From the NCBI GenBank assembly GCA_965232515.1, contig CBDDPY010000002.1, positions 416,001 through 480,000 on the forward strand: a stretch of DNA of 64,000 nt. The letters are read 5' to 3'. Every line of letters begins with the position of its first letter. Positions within the stretch are counted from its first letter, which is position 1. The translations under genes and the position numbers were made by a program. The notes below the pieces were generated by a model that was not told the origin of the DNA, ran no database searches, and saw only the letters and a list, made by a program, of their open reading frames with translations. Below are positions 9,137-20,504 of the stretch, piece after piece. The DNA is from Alphaproteobacteria bacterium. Its GTDB lineage: Bacteria > Pseudomonadota > Alphaproteobacteria > GCA-2731375.

Positions 9137-11308
9137 ATGCGAGGCTTGGCGTTTAGGGGAGGGGTTGCGGCTGCGGCGATGGCGCTGCTGCTGACCGCCT
9201 GCGCGCTCGAGCCGGAGCGTCAGTCCGCCGCCGAGGCGCAGCCGCAAGCACAGCCCACCGGGCGTCAGGTGCTCGCTCCGGTACCGCCGCCGGTGACGCC
9301 GCCGGCCGCGCAACCCGTCTCGCGACCCGCCAACGAGCGGGGCGACGACGGGAAGATCGCCGAGATCTATCCGGCCACCGGCGGCACCATCGATCCGGCC
9401 GCCATCGGTACCGGCGCCGCGACGGCCCGGCGCGGCGATATCACGCTCAACTTCACCGATGCCGACGTCCGTCAGGTGGCCCAGGTGGTGCTACGCGACC
9501 TGCTGGGCGTGAACTACGTAATCGATCCGGATGTCCGGGGCACCGTGTCGGTTGAGACCGGCCGGCCGCTGGCGCGGCAGGACCTGATCCCGGTGCTGGA
9601 ATCGATCCTCGAGACCGTGAACGCAGCGCTGGTGCGCAATGCCGGCGTCTACCGCATCACCACGGTGGCGCGGGCGCCGGGCGGTGGCGATTCGCTGCAA
9701 TTGGGCGCCGACGGGCGCGGGTTTGCCGTCTCGGTCTATCCGCTCGCCTATATCGGCGCCGAGGAAATGGCCAGGATCGTGGCGCCGCTACTGCCGGATG
9801 GCCGCGTCGTGCGGGCGGATGCATCGCGCGGTCTGATTACGGTCGCCGGCACCGGTCGCGAGCAGAAGCTGGTGGCGGAGGCCATCGAGATCTTCGATGT
9901 CGATCAGATGGCCGGCACCTCGGTGCTGCTGGAATCGCTGAACAATGTCGAGGTCAACACGCTGGTGTTCGAGCTCGACAACGTCTTTGGCGGCCTGCAG
10001 AAGGGCCCGCTCGCCGGGTTGGTGCGGGTGATCCCGGTCGAGCGCATGAACGCCGTCATGGTGATCTCCAAGCAGCCGCAGTATCTGGACCAGGCCCGCA
10101 ACTGGATCGCCCGGCTCGACCGGACACGCAACGCCAAGGCGCGGCGGCTGTTCGTCTACTACGCCCAGAACGGCAAGGCGGTCGATCTGGCGCAGACCTT
10201 GCGCGGTATCTTCGATGCCGGTGAAGACGGCGCGACGCCGGTGACAGGCGTCAGCCTGGCGCCGGTGTTGGCGGCTGCCGCGGCCGAATCCACCGCCGAG
10301 ACGGCGACTGACGGGGCGCTGCCGACGCCGCCGGCCGCGAAGGCGGAGGACGTCGCCGTCCGCATCATGGCCGACGAGCCGAACAATGCCGTGCTGGTGC
10401 TGGCGACGCCTGCCGAATACGACATCATCGAGGAAGTGCTGGTGAAGCTGGATATCCAGCCGTTGCAGGTGCTGATCGAGGCGACGATCATCGAGATCAG
10501 ACTGCGCGATCAGCTGCGTTTCGGCCTGCAGTATTTCATCAAGTCGGGCGGCCTTGGCATCACTGACACCGGCAACACGGTGCTGACGCGAGGCACCAGC
10601 TCGCTGATCCAGTCCGCATTTCCGGGTTTCTCTTTCACGCTGGCCGATACCGACCAGGCCCGTGCGATCCTGGATACGCTATCGCAGCTCACCGAAGTGA
10701 AGGTCGTGTCGTCGCCGCAGGTCATGGTGCTCGACAACCAGCCGGCGAAGCTGCATGTCGGCGACCAGGTGCCGATCATCACCCAAAGCTCGATCAGCAA
10801 CATCACCGACGACTCTCGCACGGTGAATGCGGTCGAATATCGCGACACCGGCGTCACTCTGGAGGTCACGCCGCGCATCAACGCCAGCGGCCTCGTGACC
10901 CTCGAGATCGCCCAGGAAGTCAGCGACGTGGTCGAGACCGACACCTCGGGCATCGACTCGCCGACAATTCAGCAGCGCCAGATTCTTAGCACCGTCGCCA
11001 TCGCCGGCGGTCAGACCGTGGCCCTCGGCGGGCTTATCCGCGAGAGCTCGAACGACAGCCGTTCGGGTGTGCCGTTCCTGGTCGACCTGCCGGTGGTTGG
11101 GCCACTGTTCGGCGATTCCGCGGCCGACCTCAACCGCACCGAGCTGCTGGTACTGTTGACCCCGAGCGTGGTCCGCAACCAGCGCGAGGCCTATGACCTG
11201 ACGGCAAGCCTGCGCAACCGCTACCAGGCGCTGCTGGACCTGGAGCGCGACGGTGTGCGGCAGCCACGCCGCTTCGGCGACGCGCCTGAAATCAAACTTT
11301 TCGACTGA
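9137..11308 (+). CDS. gspD: T2SS secretin GspD (lipoprotein type)
   Basis: Lipobox LLTAC; N0 domain ITLNFTDADVRQV; QVLIEATIIE, LDNQPAKLHVGDQVP and GVPFL.DLPVVG.LF secretin motifs. Alternative GTG start at 9119. Confidence 0.95.
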   Translation: MRGLAFRGGVAAAAMALLLTACALEPERQSAAEAQPQAQPTGRQVLAPVPPPVTPPAAQPVSRPANERGDDGKIAEIYPATGGTIDPAAIGTGAATARRGDITLNFTDADVRQVAQVVLRDLLGVNYVIDPDVRGTVSVETGRPLARQDLIPVLESILETVNAALVRNAGVYRITTVARAPGGGDSLQLGADGRGFAVSVYPLAYIGAEEMARIVAPLLPDGRVVRADASRGLITVAGTGREQKLVAEAIEIFDVDQMAGTSVLLESLNNVEVNTLVFELDNVFGGLQKGPLAGLVRVIPVERMNAVMVISKQPQYLDQARNWIARLDRTRNAKARRLFVYYAQNGKAVDLAQTLRGIFDAGEDGATPVTGVSLAPVLAAAAAESTAETATDGALPTPPAAKAEDVAVRIMADEPNNAVLVLATPAEYDIIEEVLVKLDIQPLQVLIEATIIEIRLRDQLRFGLQYFIKSGGLGITDTGNTVLTRGTSSLIQSAFPGFSFTLADTDQARAILDTLSQLTEVKVVSSPQVMVLDNQPAKLHVGDQVPIITQSSISNITDDSRTVNAVEYRDTGVTLEVTPRINASGLVTLEIAQEVSDVVETDTSGIDSPTIQQRQILSTVAIAGGQTVALGGLIRESSNDSRSGVPFLVDLPVVGPLFGDSAADLNRTELLVLLTPSVVRNQREAYDLTASLRNRYQALLDLERDGVRQPRRFGDAPEIKLFD

Positions 11309-12478
11309 TCAGGGCGTGAAGGTCGCGGTGACGGCGTAGTCGCCCGTGCCCGCGCAGCAGTGGCTGATCCTGAGATAGTAGGTGCCGGCGCCCAGCGTCT
11401 CGGAGATCGAGAAGTTGTACCAGGTGCCGTCGTCGTCGCTGCGGGCGATCACGTTGCCGACGCCGTCTTCCAGCGTCGCCACCAGGTCGCTGCCGCCGCT
11501 CGACGACGCGTTGACCGTGCCGCCGCTGGTCGTAATCCGGAACAGATCGACATCGCCATCGGTGCCGATGCGGCCGGCCGTCACGTTGCCCGTGGTCAGC
11601 GCCGTCGCCGAACCGGTCGTCGCCGCATGGTCGTCGGCCGGCGCGCCGACGCTGCCGGTGCCGTCGGTAACGAAGATCTCGAATGCGTCGAGCGCCGTCA
11701 TGCTGGAATTGCTGCCGAACACCAACAGCTTGCCGGCGCCGAGCGGTGTGTCGGCCGGTACCCGGACCGTGGCCGTGATCCGGTCGTTCGCCACGCGCTG
11801 GGCGTTCTCGATGACAATGTTGTCCGGACCCTGCAGGTGCGGCGTGCTGCCGGCGCTGCTGTAGTCGCCGCCGGAAAGCGTCATCGTCGTCGTCGTGCCG
11901 CGCGCGATGAAGACGCGGCTTTGCAGCAACGCGTCCCGCGCCGTGGCGACCACGGTTTCCAGGTCGTTGCCGTTCAGCCCGGCGATCGCGTCGCGCACCG
12001 AAGCGGGCAGCTCGATGCTGCGCTGGATCAGCATCTTCAGCATGTATCCCTGTGCATCGGCCGACGAATCGAACCATTTGCCGCCGACAGAATCGAGCGC
12101 CACGTAGAAGCGTCCGTTCTGGTGCTGGTAGACCTGCCGCAGGTCGATTGCGTTCCCCCCGAGCCGCTCGTAAAGGTCATAGACCCGCAGGTTCGACTTC
12201 GCCCACTGCGTCTCCTCGACCGTGCGATTGACGCTGCCATACAGGCCATTGCGATCCTGGATCGGGTTGTACCACTGCAGGGAGCTGCGTCCCGCGACAT
12301 TGACTTGGGCAAAGTGATCGGACGACTGTGCGCGGTAGGCATCGATGCCGCCGTTCAGCTGCTGGAGGAAGTTGTCGCGGCCCCCAGTATCATCCACGGC
12401 GATCGTGCCAGCCGTCGCCCAGGACGAGGTCAGCAACAAGCAAATAACGGTCAGCGATCCCAGCCGTGTCATGCGCAT
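11309..12478 (-). CDS. Secreted protein with an Ig-like (IPT/TIG-like) domain and a C-terminal PPC-like domain
   Basis: Sec signal (..SSWATA|G); ITATVRVPADTPLG Ig-like segment; DDHA...GRIGTDGDVDLFRI...ARSDDDG...LGAGTYYLRI PPC-type pattern. Confidence 0.7.
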   Translation of the reverse strand: MRMTRLGSLTVICLLLTSSWATAGTIAVDDTGGRDNFLQQLNGGIDAYRAQSSDHFAQVNVAGRSSLQWYNPIQDRNGLYGSVNRTVEETQWAKSNLRVYDLYERLGGNAIDLRQVYQHQNGRFYVALDSVGGKWFDSSADAQGYMLKMLIQRSIELPASVRDAIAGLNGNDLETVVATARDALLQSRVFIARGTTTTMTLSGGDYSSAGSTPHLQGPDNIVIENAQRVANDRITATVRVPADTPLGAGKLLVFGSNSSMTALDAFEIFVTDGTGSVGAPADDHAATTGSATALTTGNVTAGRIGTDGDVDLFRITTSGGTVNASSSGGSDLVATLEDGVGNVIARSDDDGTWYNFSISETLGAGTYYLRISHCCAGTGDYAVTATFTP

Positions 12479-12565
12479 CCCCTGAATGCCCCCATGCCGC
12501 AACGCGTTTCGGGGAAAATTTACCCTATTCGACTTGATGGGACAAAGGTTCCGATGCCACCTCTG

Positions 12566-14008
12566 TCAGCCTTCGAGGCGCCCGATCGGCGCGATCACAT
12601 AGCCGTCCGCCGTCTCCTGAAGGTCGGCGCCGTTTGCCTGCAACTGTTGGCGGAGGGCGGACAGCAACTCGGCGGCGTCAATGGCCCGGCTCGGCGCCAA
12701 TGAAATCGTTCCGCGGACGCCCGGCGCCACCCGATAGGGACGGCGCAGCAGGTCCCCGAAGATCGTCGCGGCCGCTTCCTCGATCGGACTGTTCCGCAGA
12801 TCTACATTGTATCGGCCGCCGAGGCGCAGACCCGGTGTCGCGACCGCCGCCCGCGCCGGTGCGGTCGTCGTCGGCGTCGGTTTGGCGCCGGGCGTTGGCG
12901 GCGTCAACCGGATCCCAGGCTGAACCGGCGCAACTTGTGGCGCCGGCGGCGCACCGGCGAAGTCGGCATCGGTCAGAACCATGATCGGCTGGCCCGTCGG
13001 TGGCCGCTGCAACGGCGACAGCGGTTCGTGTCGCGCCGGGCCATAGCCGATCGGCACGGCGCCGGGGCGCACCGGCCGTGGGCCGGCGGAAGGCGTCACG
13101 CCGCTCAGCGCAAGCCGCTGTGTCGTCCGCGTGCCCGGTGGCGTCAGCTGGATGCGCTGCGTCGGAGGTGGCGAGACGCCACTGTACGGGCGGCTGCCGT
13201 TGCCGCCGATCACGACGGTGTCGAATGGCGGGGCAAGGCCGGCGGTCGGCGCCGGCGGTCGCAGCTGCGGCCGGGTGGCGGGCGCGGCCGGCCGCAGGCG
13301 CGGCTGCGGGACAACGGCAGCTATCGCCCTCTGTGGCGTGGCCGTAGCCGCGGGCGGCGGCGGCGGGGCGGGCGGTGCGGCCGCGGTTGAAGGGGGTGGT
13401 GCCGGCGGTGACGGCGTCGGTGCGGGTGCCGCCGAGGGCGGTGACGTTGCGATTGCGGGCGCGGGACGGGGCGGCGCCGGCGGCTCGGTCCGCAGGGTCG
13501 TGGTCAGCGGCCGGCCCTGATTTGCCGACTCAGCCGTCCGTTGGGACGATTTGGCGGCGCGGAACGCCGCCACCTGATCGGCCGTCATCTCGCGTTCGGA
13601 GACGAAGGCGCCTTCGCGGTAGACCGCCTGCACCAACCGGCCGTCCGGCGATTCGATGACGAACGCGCCGTCCCGGACGCCGTCGCGATAGGTGCCGTAG
13701 ATGCGGTTGCCGTTGGCGAAGGTGATGGTGGCCTCGCCGTGCAGTTCGCCGTCCTTGAACGTGCCCTCGTCGCGCTCGTATTCCCGTCCGTCGGCATACC
13801 AGGTCAGCACGCCGGGACCGGACAGCTTGCCGTCGCGGCAACGACCGGTCCAGCGGATGCTCTCGTTCGGCCGAGGAAAGGGATTGCTGGTCGCACAACC
13901 CGATTCCGGGTCGCGGATCAGACTGCCGGATTGCGCCTGGGCGTCCGCGGCCAGCAGCGCCAGGACCGGCGCAGCGACGATGAACGATATTTGTGCGGGC
14001 CGCCCCAT
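12566..14008 (-). CDS. Exported protein: MORN-like repeats, Pro-rich linker, C-terminal secretin N0-like domain
   Basis: Signal peptide (AQA|Q); WTGRCRDGKLSGPG, EGTFKDGELHGEA and YGTYRDGVRDG repeats; long Pro/Ala/Thr tract; the last ~80 aa align without gaps to the GspD N0 domain in this window. Confidence 0.75.
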   Translation of the reverse strand: MGRPAQISFIVAAPVLALLAADAQAQSGSLIRDPESGCATSNPFPRPNESIRWTGRCRDGKLSGPGVLTWYADGREYERDEGTFKDGELHGEATITFANGNRIYGTYRDGVRDGAFVIESPDGRLVQAVYREGAFVSEREMTADQVAAFRAAKSSQRTAESANQGRPLTTTLRTEPPAPPRPAPAIATSPPSAAPAPTPSPPAPPPSTAAAPPAPPPPPAATATPQRAIAAVVPQPRLRPAAPATRPQLRPPAPTAGLAPPFDTVVIGGNGSRPYSGVSPPPTQRIQLTPPGTRTTQRLALSGVTPSAGPRPVRPGAVPIGYGPARHEPLSPLQRPPTGQPIMVLTDADFAGAPPAPQVAPVQPGIRLTPPTPGAKPTPTTTAPARAAVATPGLRLGGRYNVDLRNSPIEEAAATIFGDLLRRPYRVAPGVRGTISLAPSRAIDAAELLSALRQQLQANGADLQETADGYVIAPIGRLEG

Positions 14009-14072
14009 CGCGCGTCAGTATAGCGGAACTCACGCGAACGTCATGGTTGTCGCACTTGTCTGCGCCGCCGGG

Positions 14073-14705
14073 ATGTCCAAATCTGCCGTCATGACCGAAC
14101 TCGACAGCCTGCTCAGCGAGATTCGCGCCTGTCGCGTGTGCGAGGCGCACCTGCCGCTCGGACCGCGGCCGGTGCTGCGCGCCAGTTCTGGCGCCCGAAT
14201 CCTGATCGCCGGTCAGGCGCCAGGCACGAAAGTGCACGAATCGGGCATTCCCTGGAACGACGCCAGCGGCGACCGCCTGCGCGACTGGCTCCAGATCGAC
14301 AACGATACGTTCTACGACGAGCGCCGCATCAACATCGTGCCCATGGGCTTCTGCTATCCCGGCCGCGACGCCCGGGGCGGCGATCTGCCGCCACGACCCG
14401 AATGCGCGACGCACTGGCACACGCGGCTGATGCCGTTGTTGGACCGATCCGAGCTGGTCCTGCTCGTTGGGCAGTACGCGCAAGCCTGGCACCTCGGCAA
14501 GGCGCGCAAGCGGTCGCTCACCGAAACGGTGCGAGCCTGGCGCGACTATGGTCCGCGATATCTGCCGCTGCCGCACCCGTCCTGGCGCACCACCGGCTGG
14601 CAGAAGAAGAACCCCTGGTTCGAGGCCGAGGTGCTGCCCGAATTGCGGGCGCGGATCTCGCCTCTGCTGAAACGACCTAGGGGTAAGGCTGCTTCTGCAC
14701 GTTGA
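14073..14705 (+). CDS. Uracil-DNA glycosylase superfamily protein
   Basis: CRVC, IAGQAPG..VHESG.PWND, FCYPG, PPRPEC and LPHPS motifs. Start at 14073 or 14091. Confidence 0.88.
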   Translation: MSKSAVMTELDSLLSEIRACRVCEAHLPLGPRPVLRASSGARILIAGQAPGTKVHESGIPWNDASGDRLRDWLQIDNDTFYDERRINIVPMGFCYPGRDARGGDLPPRPECATHWHTRLMPLLDRSELVLLVGQYAQAWHLGKARKRSLTETVRAWRDYGPRYLPLPHPSWRTTGWQKKNPWFEAEVLPELRARISPLLKRPRGKAASAR

Positions 14706-15303
14706 AGGCCACCGAGATCCGCGGCCGTTCGCCCCAATAGGGGTGGACGAGATGCTGTAGGTAGCTCGGAAACAGCACCATTCGGCCGGTCTCCGGCGTC
14801 ACCGCGATCCGGTTCGGCAGCGCCTTTGGAAAGAACGTGGCCGCCGAGGCCAGGTTCGGATTGATGAATGTCAGCACGCCGTTGTGCGGCTGATCAGTCG
14901 GTCGTTCGCTGGCATCGACGTAGTAGACCCCCGACCAGGTCGAGCCGGGATGGATATGGATCTGATTGTATTGGCCGCGCCGGTTGACGTTGGCCCAGAT
15001 CGCGATCTTCCAGCCGATTTCCTCCCGCGCGCCGTAATGCTCCAGCAGCTGGCCCGTGGCGTGGTTCACCAGCGCGATGGCCCGCTCGATCAGGGCCTGG
15101 CCGGCATCGCCGGTCCATTTCTGGAAATCCTCGGTCGACTGCCAGCCGCCGACATTGGTTTTCGACTGGCCCGGGGAATCTTGCTCCTGCGCCAGGATGC
15201 GCGTGCGCAGCTCGGCATTGAGCGCGTCGCTTTCGGGCCAGAGATAGTTCAGCATCGGCACGAAGAACATCTGCATCATGCCGGCGTCGTCGAGCGTCGC
15301 CAT
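14677..15303 (-). CDS. TIGR02466-like putative 2OG-Fe(II) oxygenase
   Basis: GGWQS, WANVN, HIHPGSTWSGVYYVD and FPSYLQHLVHP...RISVAFN motifs. Confidence 0.82.
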   Translation of the reverse strand: MATLDDAGMMQMFFVPMLNYLWPESDALNAELRTRILAQEQDSPGQSKTNVGGWQSTEDFQKWTGDAGQALIERAIALVNHATGQLLEHYGAREEIGWKIAIWANVNRRGQYNQIHIHPGSTWSGVYYVDASERPTDQPHNGVLTFINPNLASAATFFPKALPNRIAVTPETGRMVLFPSYLQHLVHPYWGERPRISVAFNVQKQPYP

Positions 15304-15416
15304 GACGGCGTCTCCCAGCAAGCCCCGTGAAGCCAGGCCCAATGTAGCGGTTTTCGGGGATGGGCGTCAGCACCGCGGATATTGAGATCGCGGCGCGGGA
15401 CGGCCATATTCGCCCC

Positions 15417-16424
15417 ATGATCGGATCTGTCATTCGGCGCTGGCCGGCGCTCGGCGCGGCGCTCCTGTTCGCTGCCGCTTGTACGCCGCGGGTTCAGGAG
15501 TTCGGCCCTGAGTTCAGCGAGCCGCGGCTGGAGCCGACGCATCTTACGACGGTCGATAGCAAGCGGCTGCCGGTCGCGGTCTGGCCCGTCAACAGCGAGC
15601 CGGCGGCGGTGATTGTCGCCCTGCACGGCTTCAACGATTACCGCAACACCTTCGACATGCCGGGCGCCTGGTGGGCCGAGCGCGGTATCACCACCTACGC
15701 CGTCGATCAGCGCGGCTTCGGCGACACGGCCGACCGCGGCATCTGGGGTGGCGCCGCGGCCATGGTCGCCGATGCGTCTGCGCTGGTCGATTTGGTCCGC
15801 AAACGCCATCCCGGCAAGCCGGTCTATCTGTTGGGCAATTCCATGGGCGCGGCCGTTACCTTGCTGACGCTTGCCTCGGATAATCCGCCGGACGTAGACG
15901 GCGCGATCCTGGTCTCGCCGGCGGTCTGGGGCGGGCCGGGCCTGAACCCCGTGGCCAGGGCCTCGTTGTGGCTCGCCGCGCACACCATGCCGTGGAACGT
16001 GGGCACCGGCCAGGGCCTGCGCCGCTGGCCGTCCGACAATATCGAGATGCTGCGGGCGCTCGGCCGCGATCCGCTGATGATCAGGAAGACACGGGTCGAT
16101 GCCGTCTACGGCCTGACCAACCTGATGGGCGAGGCGCAGACGTCGGCGCGCGACGTCGAGGTGCCGATGTTCGTGCTTTACGGCGGCCGCGACGAGATCG
16201 TGCCGAACGCGCCGGTCGAGTTGATGATCGACAGCCTGCGAGCGCCGCACCGCGTGGCGTTCTATCCCGACGGCTATCATATGTTGCTGCGCAGCCTCGA
16301 TCGGGAAACCGTTTGGCGCGATATCCGGGCCTGGATCGCCGACCCCAACGCGCCCTTGCCCTCGGGCCAGGAGCGGGCGAAAGACATCGAAACGGAAGCC
16401 GGGGCAGGGAGGACACGCTCATGA
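15417..16424 (+). CDS. Alpha/beta hydrolase (lysophospholipase-like), putative lipoprotein
   Basis: Lipobox-like FAAAC; ALHGFND, DQRGFG, nucleophile GNSMG, GGRDEIVP and GYHML motifs. Confidence 0.88.
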   Translation: MIGSVIRRWPALGAALLFAAACTPRVQEFGPEFSEPRLEPTHLTTVDSKRLPVAVWPVNSEPAAVIVALHGFNDYRNTFDMPGAWWAERGITTYAVDQRGFGDTADRGIWGGAAAMVADASALVDLVRKRHPGKPVYLLGNSMGAAVTLLTLASDNPPDVDGAILVSPAVWGGPGLNPVARASLWLAAHTMPWNVGTGQGLRRWPSDNIEMLRALGRDPLMIRKTRVDAVYGLTNLMGEAQTSARDVEVPMFVLYGGRDEIVPNAPVELMIDSLRAPHRVAFYPDGYHMLLRSLDRETVWRDIRAWIADPNAPLPSGQERAKDIETEAGAGRTRS

Positions 16425-17174
16425 AAGTATTGGTCGAGAAGGACGGTCCGGTCACCACGGTCATCATAAACCGGCCAGAGGTGCGCAATGCCGTCGATGC
16501 CGAGACGGCGGACCTGCTGCGTCAGGCCTTCCAGGCCTTCGCGGACGACGATGACGCCCAGGTCGCGGTGCTGGCCGGCAACGGCGGCTATTTCTGCGCC
16601 GGTTATGACCTGAAATTCGTTTCCGAGGGCGGCTTACGGACCGGCGATCTGGAACGCGACGGTCCGATGGGGCCGAGCCGCATGCTGCTGGACAAGCCGG
16701 TGATCGCCGCCGTTGACGGTTACGCCGTGGCCGGCGGCTTGGAACTGGCGCTCTGGTGCGACATGCGGGTCGCGGCTGACGACGCCGTTTTCGGCGTCTT
16801 TTGCCGGCGTTGGGGCGTGCCGTTGATCGACGGCGGCACCGTGCGTCTGCCAAGACTGATCGGCCACAGCCGGGCGCTCGACATGATCCTGACCGGCCGA
16901 CCCGTCGAAGCCGACGAGGCGCTGTCCTGGGGCCTCGCCAACCGTGTCGTGCCGGCAGCCGACGTGCGCGCGGCGGCGCAAACGCTGGCGCTCGAGATCG
17001 CGCGGTTCCCGGCGCTTTGCATGCGCACCGACCGGATGTCGTCCTATCGGCAATGGGACCTCGACTTGGCCGCGGCGTTGATCAACGAGGCCCATCAAGG
17101 CGAAGCGCCGTTGCGCGAGGAGGCCGTCGGCGGCGCCAGCCGCTTCGCCGGCGGCAAGGGCCGCGGCGGCAGCT

Positions 17175-17188
<14 letters not shown>
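16421..17188 (+). CDS. Enoyl-CoA hydratase/crotonase family protein
   Basis: INRPEVRNAVD, FCAGYDLK, KPVIAAVDGYAVAGGLELAL; ATG 16421 overlaps the upstream stop. Confidence 0.92.
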
Positions 17189-18734
<1,546 letters not shown>

Positions 18735-18747
18735 GGCCGCGACCGGC

Positions 18748-19911
18748 TCAGTCCGAGCCGCCGGCGTCGAAACGGTCGGGCCGATATGGCCGCAACATCT
18801 CGGACACCTGTCCGTCAACGATCTCGTCGGCCGCCAGATCGCCCAGCAACGGGCCCAGCGTGACGCCGCTATGCGTCACCATCACGTATAGACCGTCGAG
18901 CTGCGGCAGCGGCCCAACGATCGGCCGGCCGTCGCGGGGCATCGGTCGCACGCCGATCCGGGCCGTGGTTCGGCCCAGCACGTCGTCGGCACGCAGCGCC
19001 GGCAGGTACCGCTCGACCCGTCGCAGCAGCCAGGCCGGACCGTCGGCGCGGATCGCCTCTTCGTCGCCGTCCGCCAGCTCGTCCGTCATGTTCTCGGCGC
19101 CGATCCGCATGCCGCCGTCCGGGGCCGGCCGGAAGTGAATGCCGCCCGGCTCGGGCGGGTGGATGATATGGCGCACCAGACCGCCGGCGCCGTCCGCCGG
19201 CGCATCGACCAACAAGCCCTTCACGCCCGACATCGGCACCGCGTCCTCGATGCCGGTCGCCAGTGTTGCCAGCGCGCCCGTCGCGGGGCCGGCCGCCAGC
19301 ACGGCCTGGCCGGTGGCGATCGTGCCCTGGTCGGTGACCACGCCGGTCAACCGGCCGGCGTCGGTCTGGAACCCTGTGACGGCGCAGTTCTCCAGCACGG
19401 CGCCGCCGAGCGCGCGCAGCCGTTCCGCGCAGAAGCGCACATAGTGCGGCGCGTCGAGCCACCGGTCGTCCATGGCCAGCAGCCCGACCGCCTCGTCGGG
19501 AAAGGTAATATTCGGCTCCAGCTCTGTGAGCTGCTGTCTGTCGAGCAATTCGTGCCGATAATTCAGCTCGTGCATCCTCTCGGAAACCGCTCGTAAGTTG
19601 CCAATCTGGCTGACATTTTCGGCATCGGACCAATCGATGTTTCCGCGGCCGTGCATGCCAATGTGGTTGCTGCCGTATGTCGCCGCCAGGTCGCGGTAGC
19701 GCGCCATGCCGGCGGCGTTCAGGTGGTGATAATGGGCATCGTCCAGCTTGGTGGTGGCGTTCAGCCAGGCAAAGCTGTTGCTCGTGGTGCCGCCGGCCAG
19801 GGCACCCTGCTCGACGACCGCGATCCTTAGGCCGCGCCGGGCCAGCGCATGGGCGGTCGACAAGCCGATGCTGCCGCCACCCACCACAACGATATCCGCA
19901 CGATCAATCAT
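18748..19911 (-). CDS. FAD-dependent oxidoreductase (DAO/glycine oxidase family)
   Basis: VVGGGSIG Rossmann motif; GVRPMPRDGRPIVG; THSGVTLGP. Confidence 0.88.
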   Translation of the reverse strand: MIDRADIVVVGGGSIGLSTAHALARRGLRIAVVEQGALAGGTTSNSFAWLNATTKLDDAHYHHLNAAGMARYRDLAATYGSNHIGMHGRGNIDWSDAENVSQIGNLRAVSERMHELNYRHELLDRQQLTELEPNITFPDEAVGLLAMDDRWLDAPHYVRFCAERLRALGGAVLENCAVTGFQTDAGRLTGVVTDQGTIATGQAVLAAGPATGALATLATGIEDAVPMSGVKGLLVDAPADGAGGLVRHIIHPPEPGGIHFRPAPDGGMRIGAENMTDELADGDEEAIRADGPAWLLRRVERYLPALRADDVLGRTTARIGVRPMPRDGRPIVGPLPQLDGLYVMVTHSGVTLGPLLGDLAADEIVDGQVSEMLRPYRPDRFDAGGSD

Positions 19912-19950
19912 AGAGACGCCAAGTTCGTTTCCAACTGGTCTGGGCGGGGC

Positions 19951-19981
19951 TTGAGCTTCCAGCAGGTGGAAGCGCTACATC
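19951..19981 (+). promoter_or_regulatory. MerR-type (CueR-like) promoter/operator
   Basis: -35 TTGAGC (19951-56), 19-bp spacer, -10-like TACATC (19976-81). The dyad GCTTCC-N7-GGAAGC (19955-19973) matches the CTTCC-N7-GGAAG core of CueR boxes. Confidence 0.65.
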
Positions 19982-19997
19982 CAAGCGACGAACAGAC

Positions 19998-20456
19998 ATG
20001 CCCAAGAGTAGACAGCGAAAGAAAAAGCCGACAAGCCAAACCGCCCCACGCGGCGGCTGGACCGGCCGGATTGTTGCCATCGTCCTGGCAATAGGGGTCG
20101 GCGTCGGCATCTACCTGTGGCAGCAATTCGGTGGCGCGGGCGGCACGCATGTCGACGTCGTCGTGCCGGAACTGAGCGGTCAGGCGTCCCGCGGCGAGGC
20201 GGCGTTCGCGCAGGCTTGTGCGCAATGTCACGGTCCCAACGCCGGCGGCTCCGACCGAGGACCGCCGCTCGTGCACAAGATCTACGAACCGAACCACCAC
20301 GCCGATTTCGCGTTCTACAACGCCATTGCCAACGGCGTGCGCGCACATCACTGGCCCTATGGCAACATGCCCCCGCAACGTCACGTCGACCGGGCAACCG
20401 CGCAAGCGATCGTTAGTTACGTCCGCGCCTTGCAGCGCGCCAACGGCATCCACTAA
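19998..20456 (+). CDS. Membrane-anchored monohaem cytochrome c
   Basis: TM anchor, CAQCH, His-rich YEPNHHAD and HHWPYGNMPP (candidate Met axial ligand). Confidence 0.88.
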   Translation: MPKSRQRKKKPTSQTAPRGGWTGRIVAIVLAIGVGVGIYLWQQFGGAGGTHVDVVVPELSGQASRGEAAFAQACAQCHGPNAGGSDRGPPLVHKIYEPNHHADFAFYNAIANGVRAHHWPYGNMPPQRHVDRATAQAIVSYVRALQRANGIH

Positions 20457-20504
20457 TCGATATCAGTATCATCTAACCGACATCCGACCGGAGGTTCATG
20501 GAGA

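Noticed and set aside
12830-13520. Low-complexity GC-rich tract as a tandem DNA repeat
   Set aside because: It is explained by Pro/Ala codons of the protein linker; no regular nucleotide period was seen.
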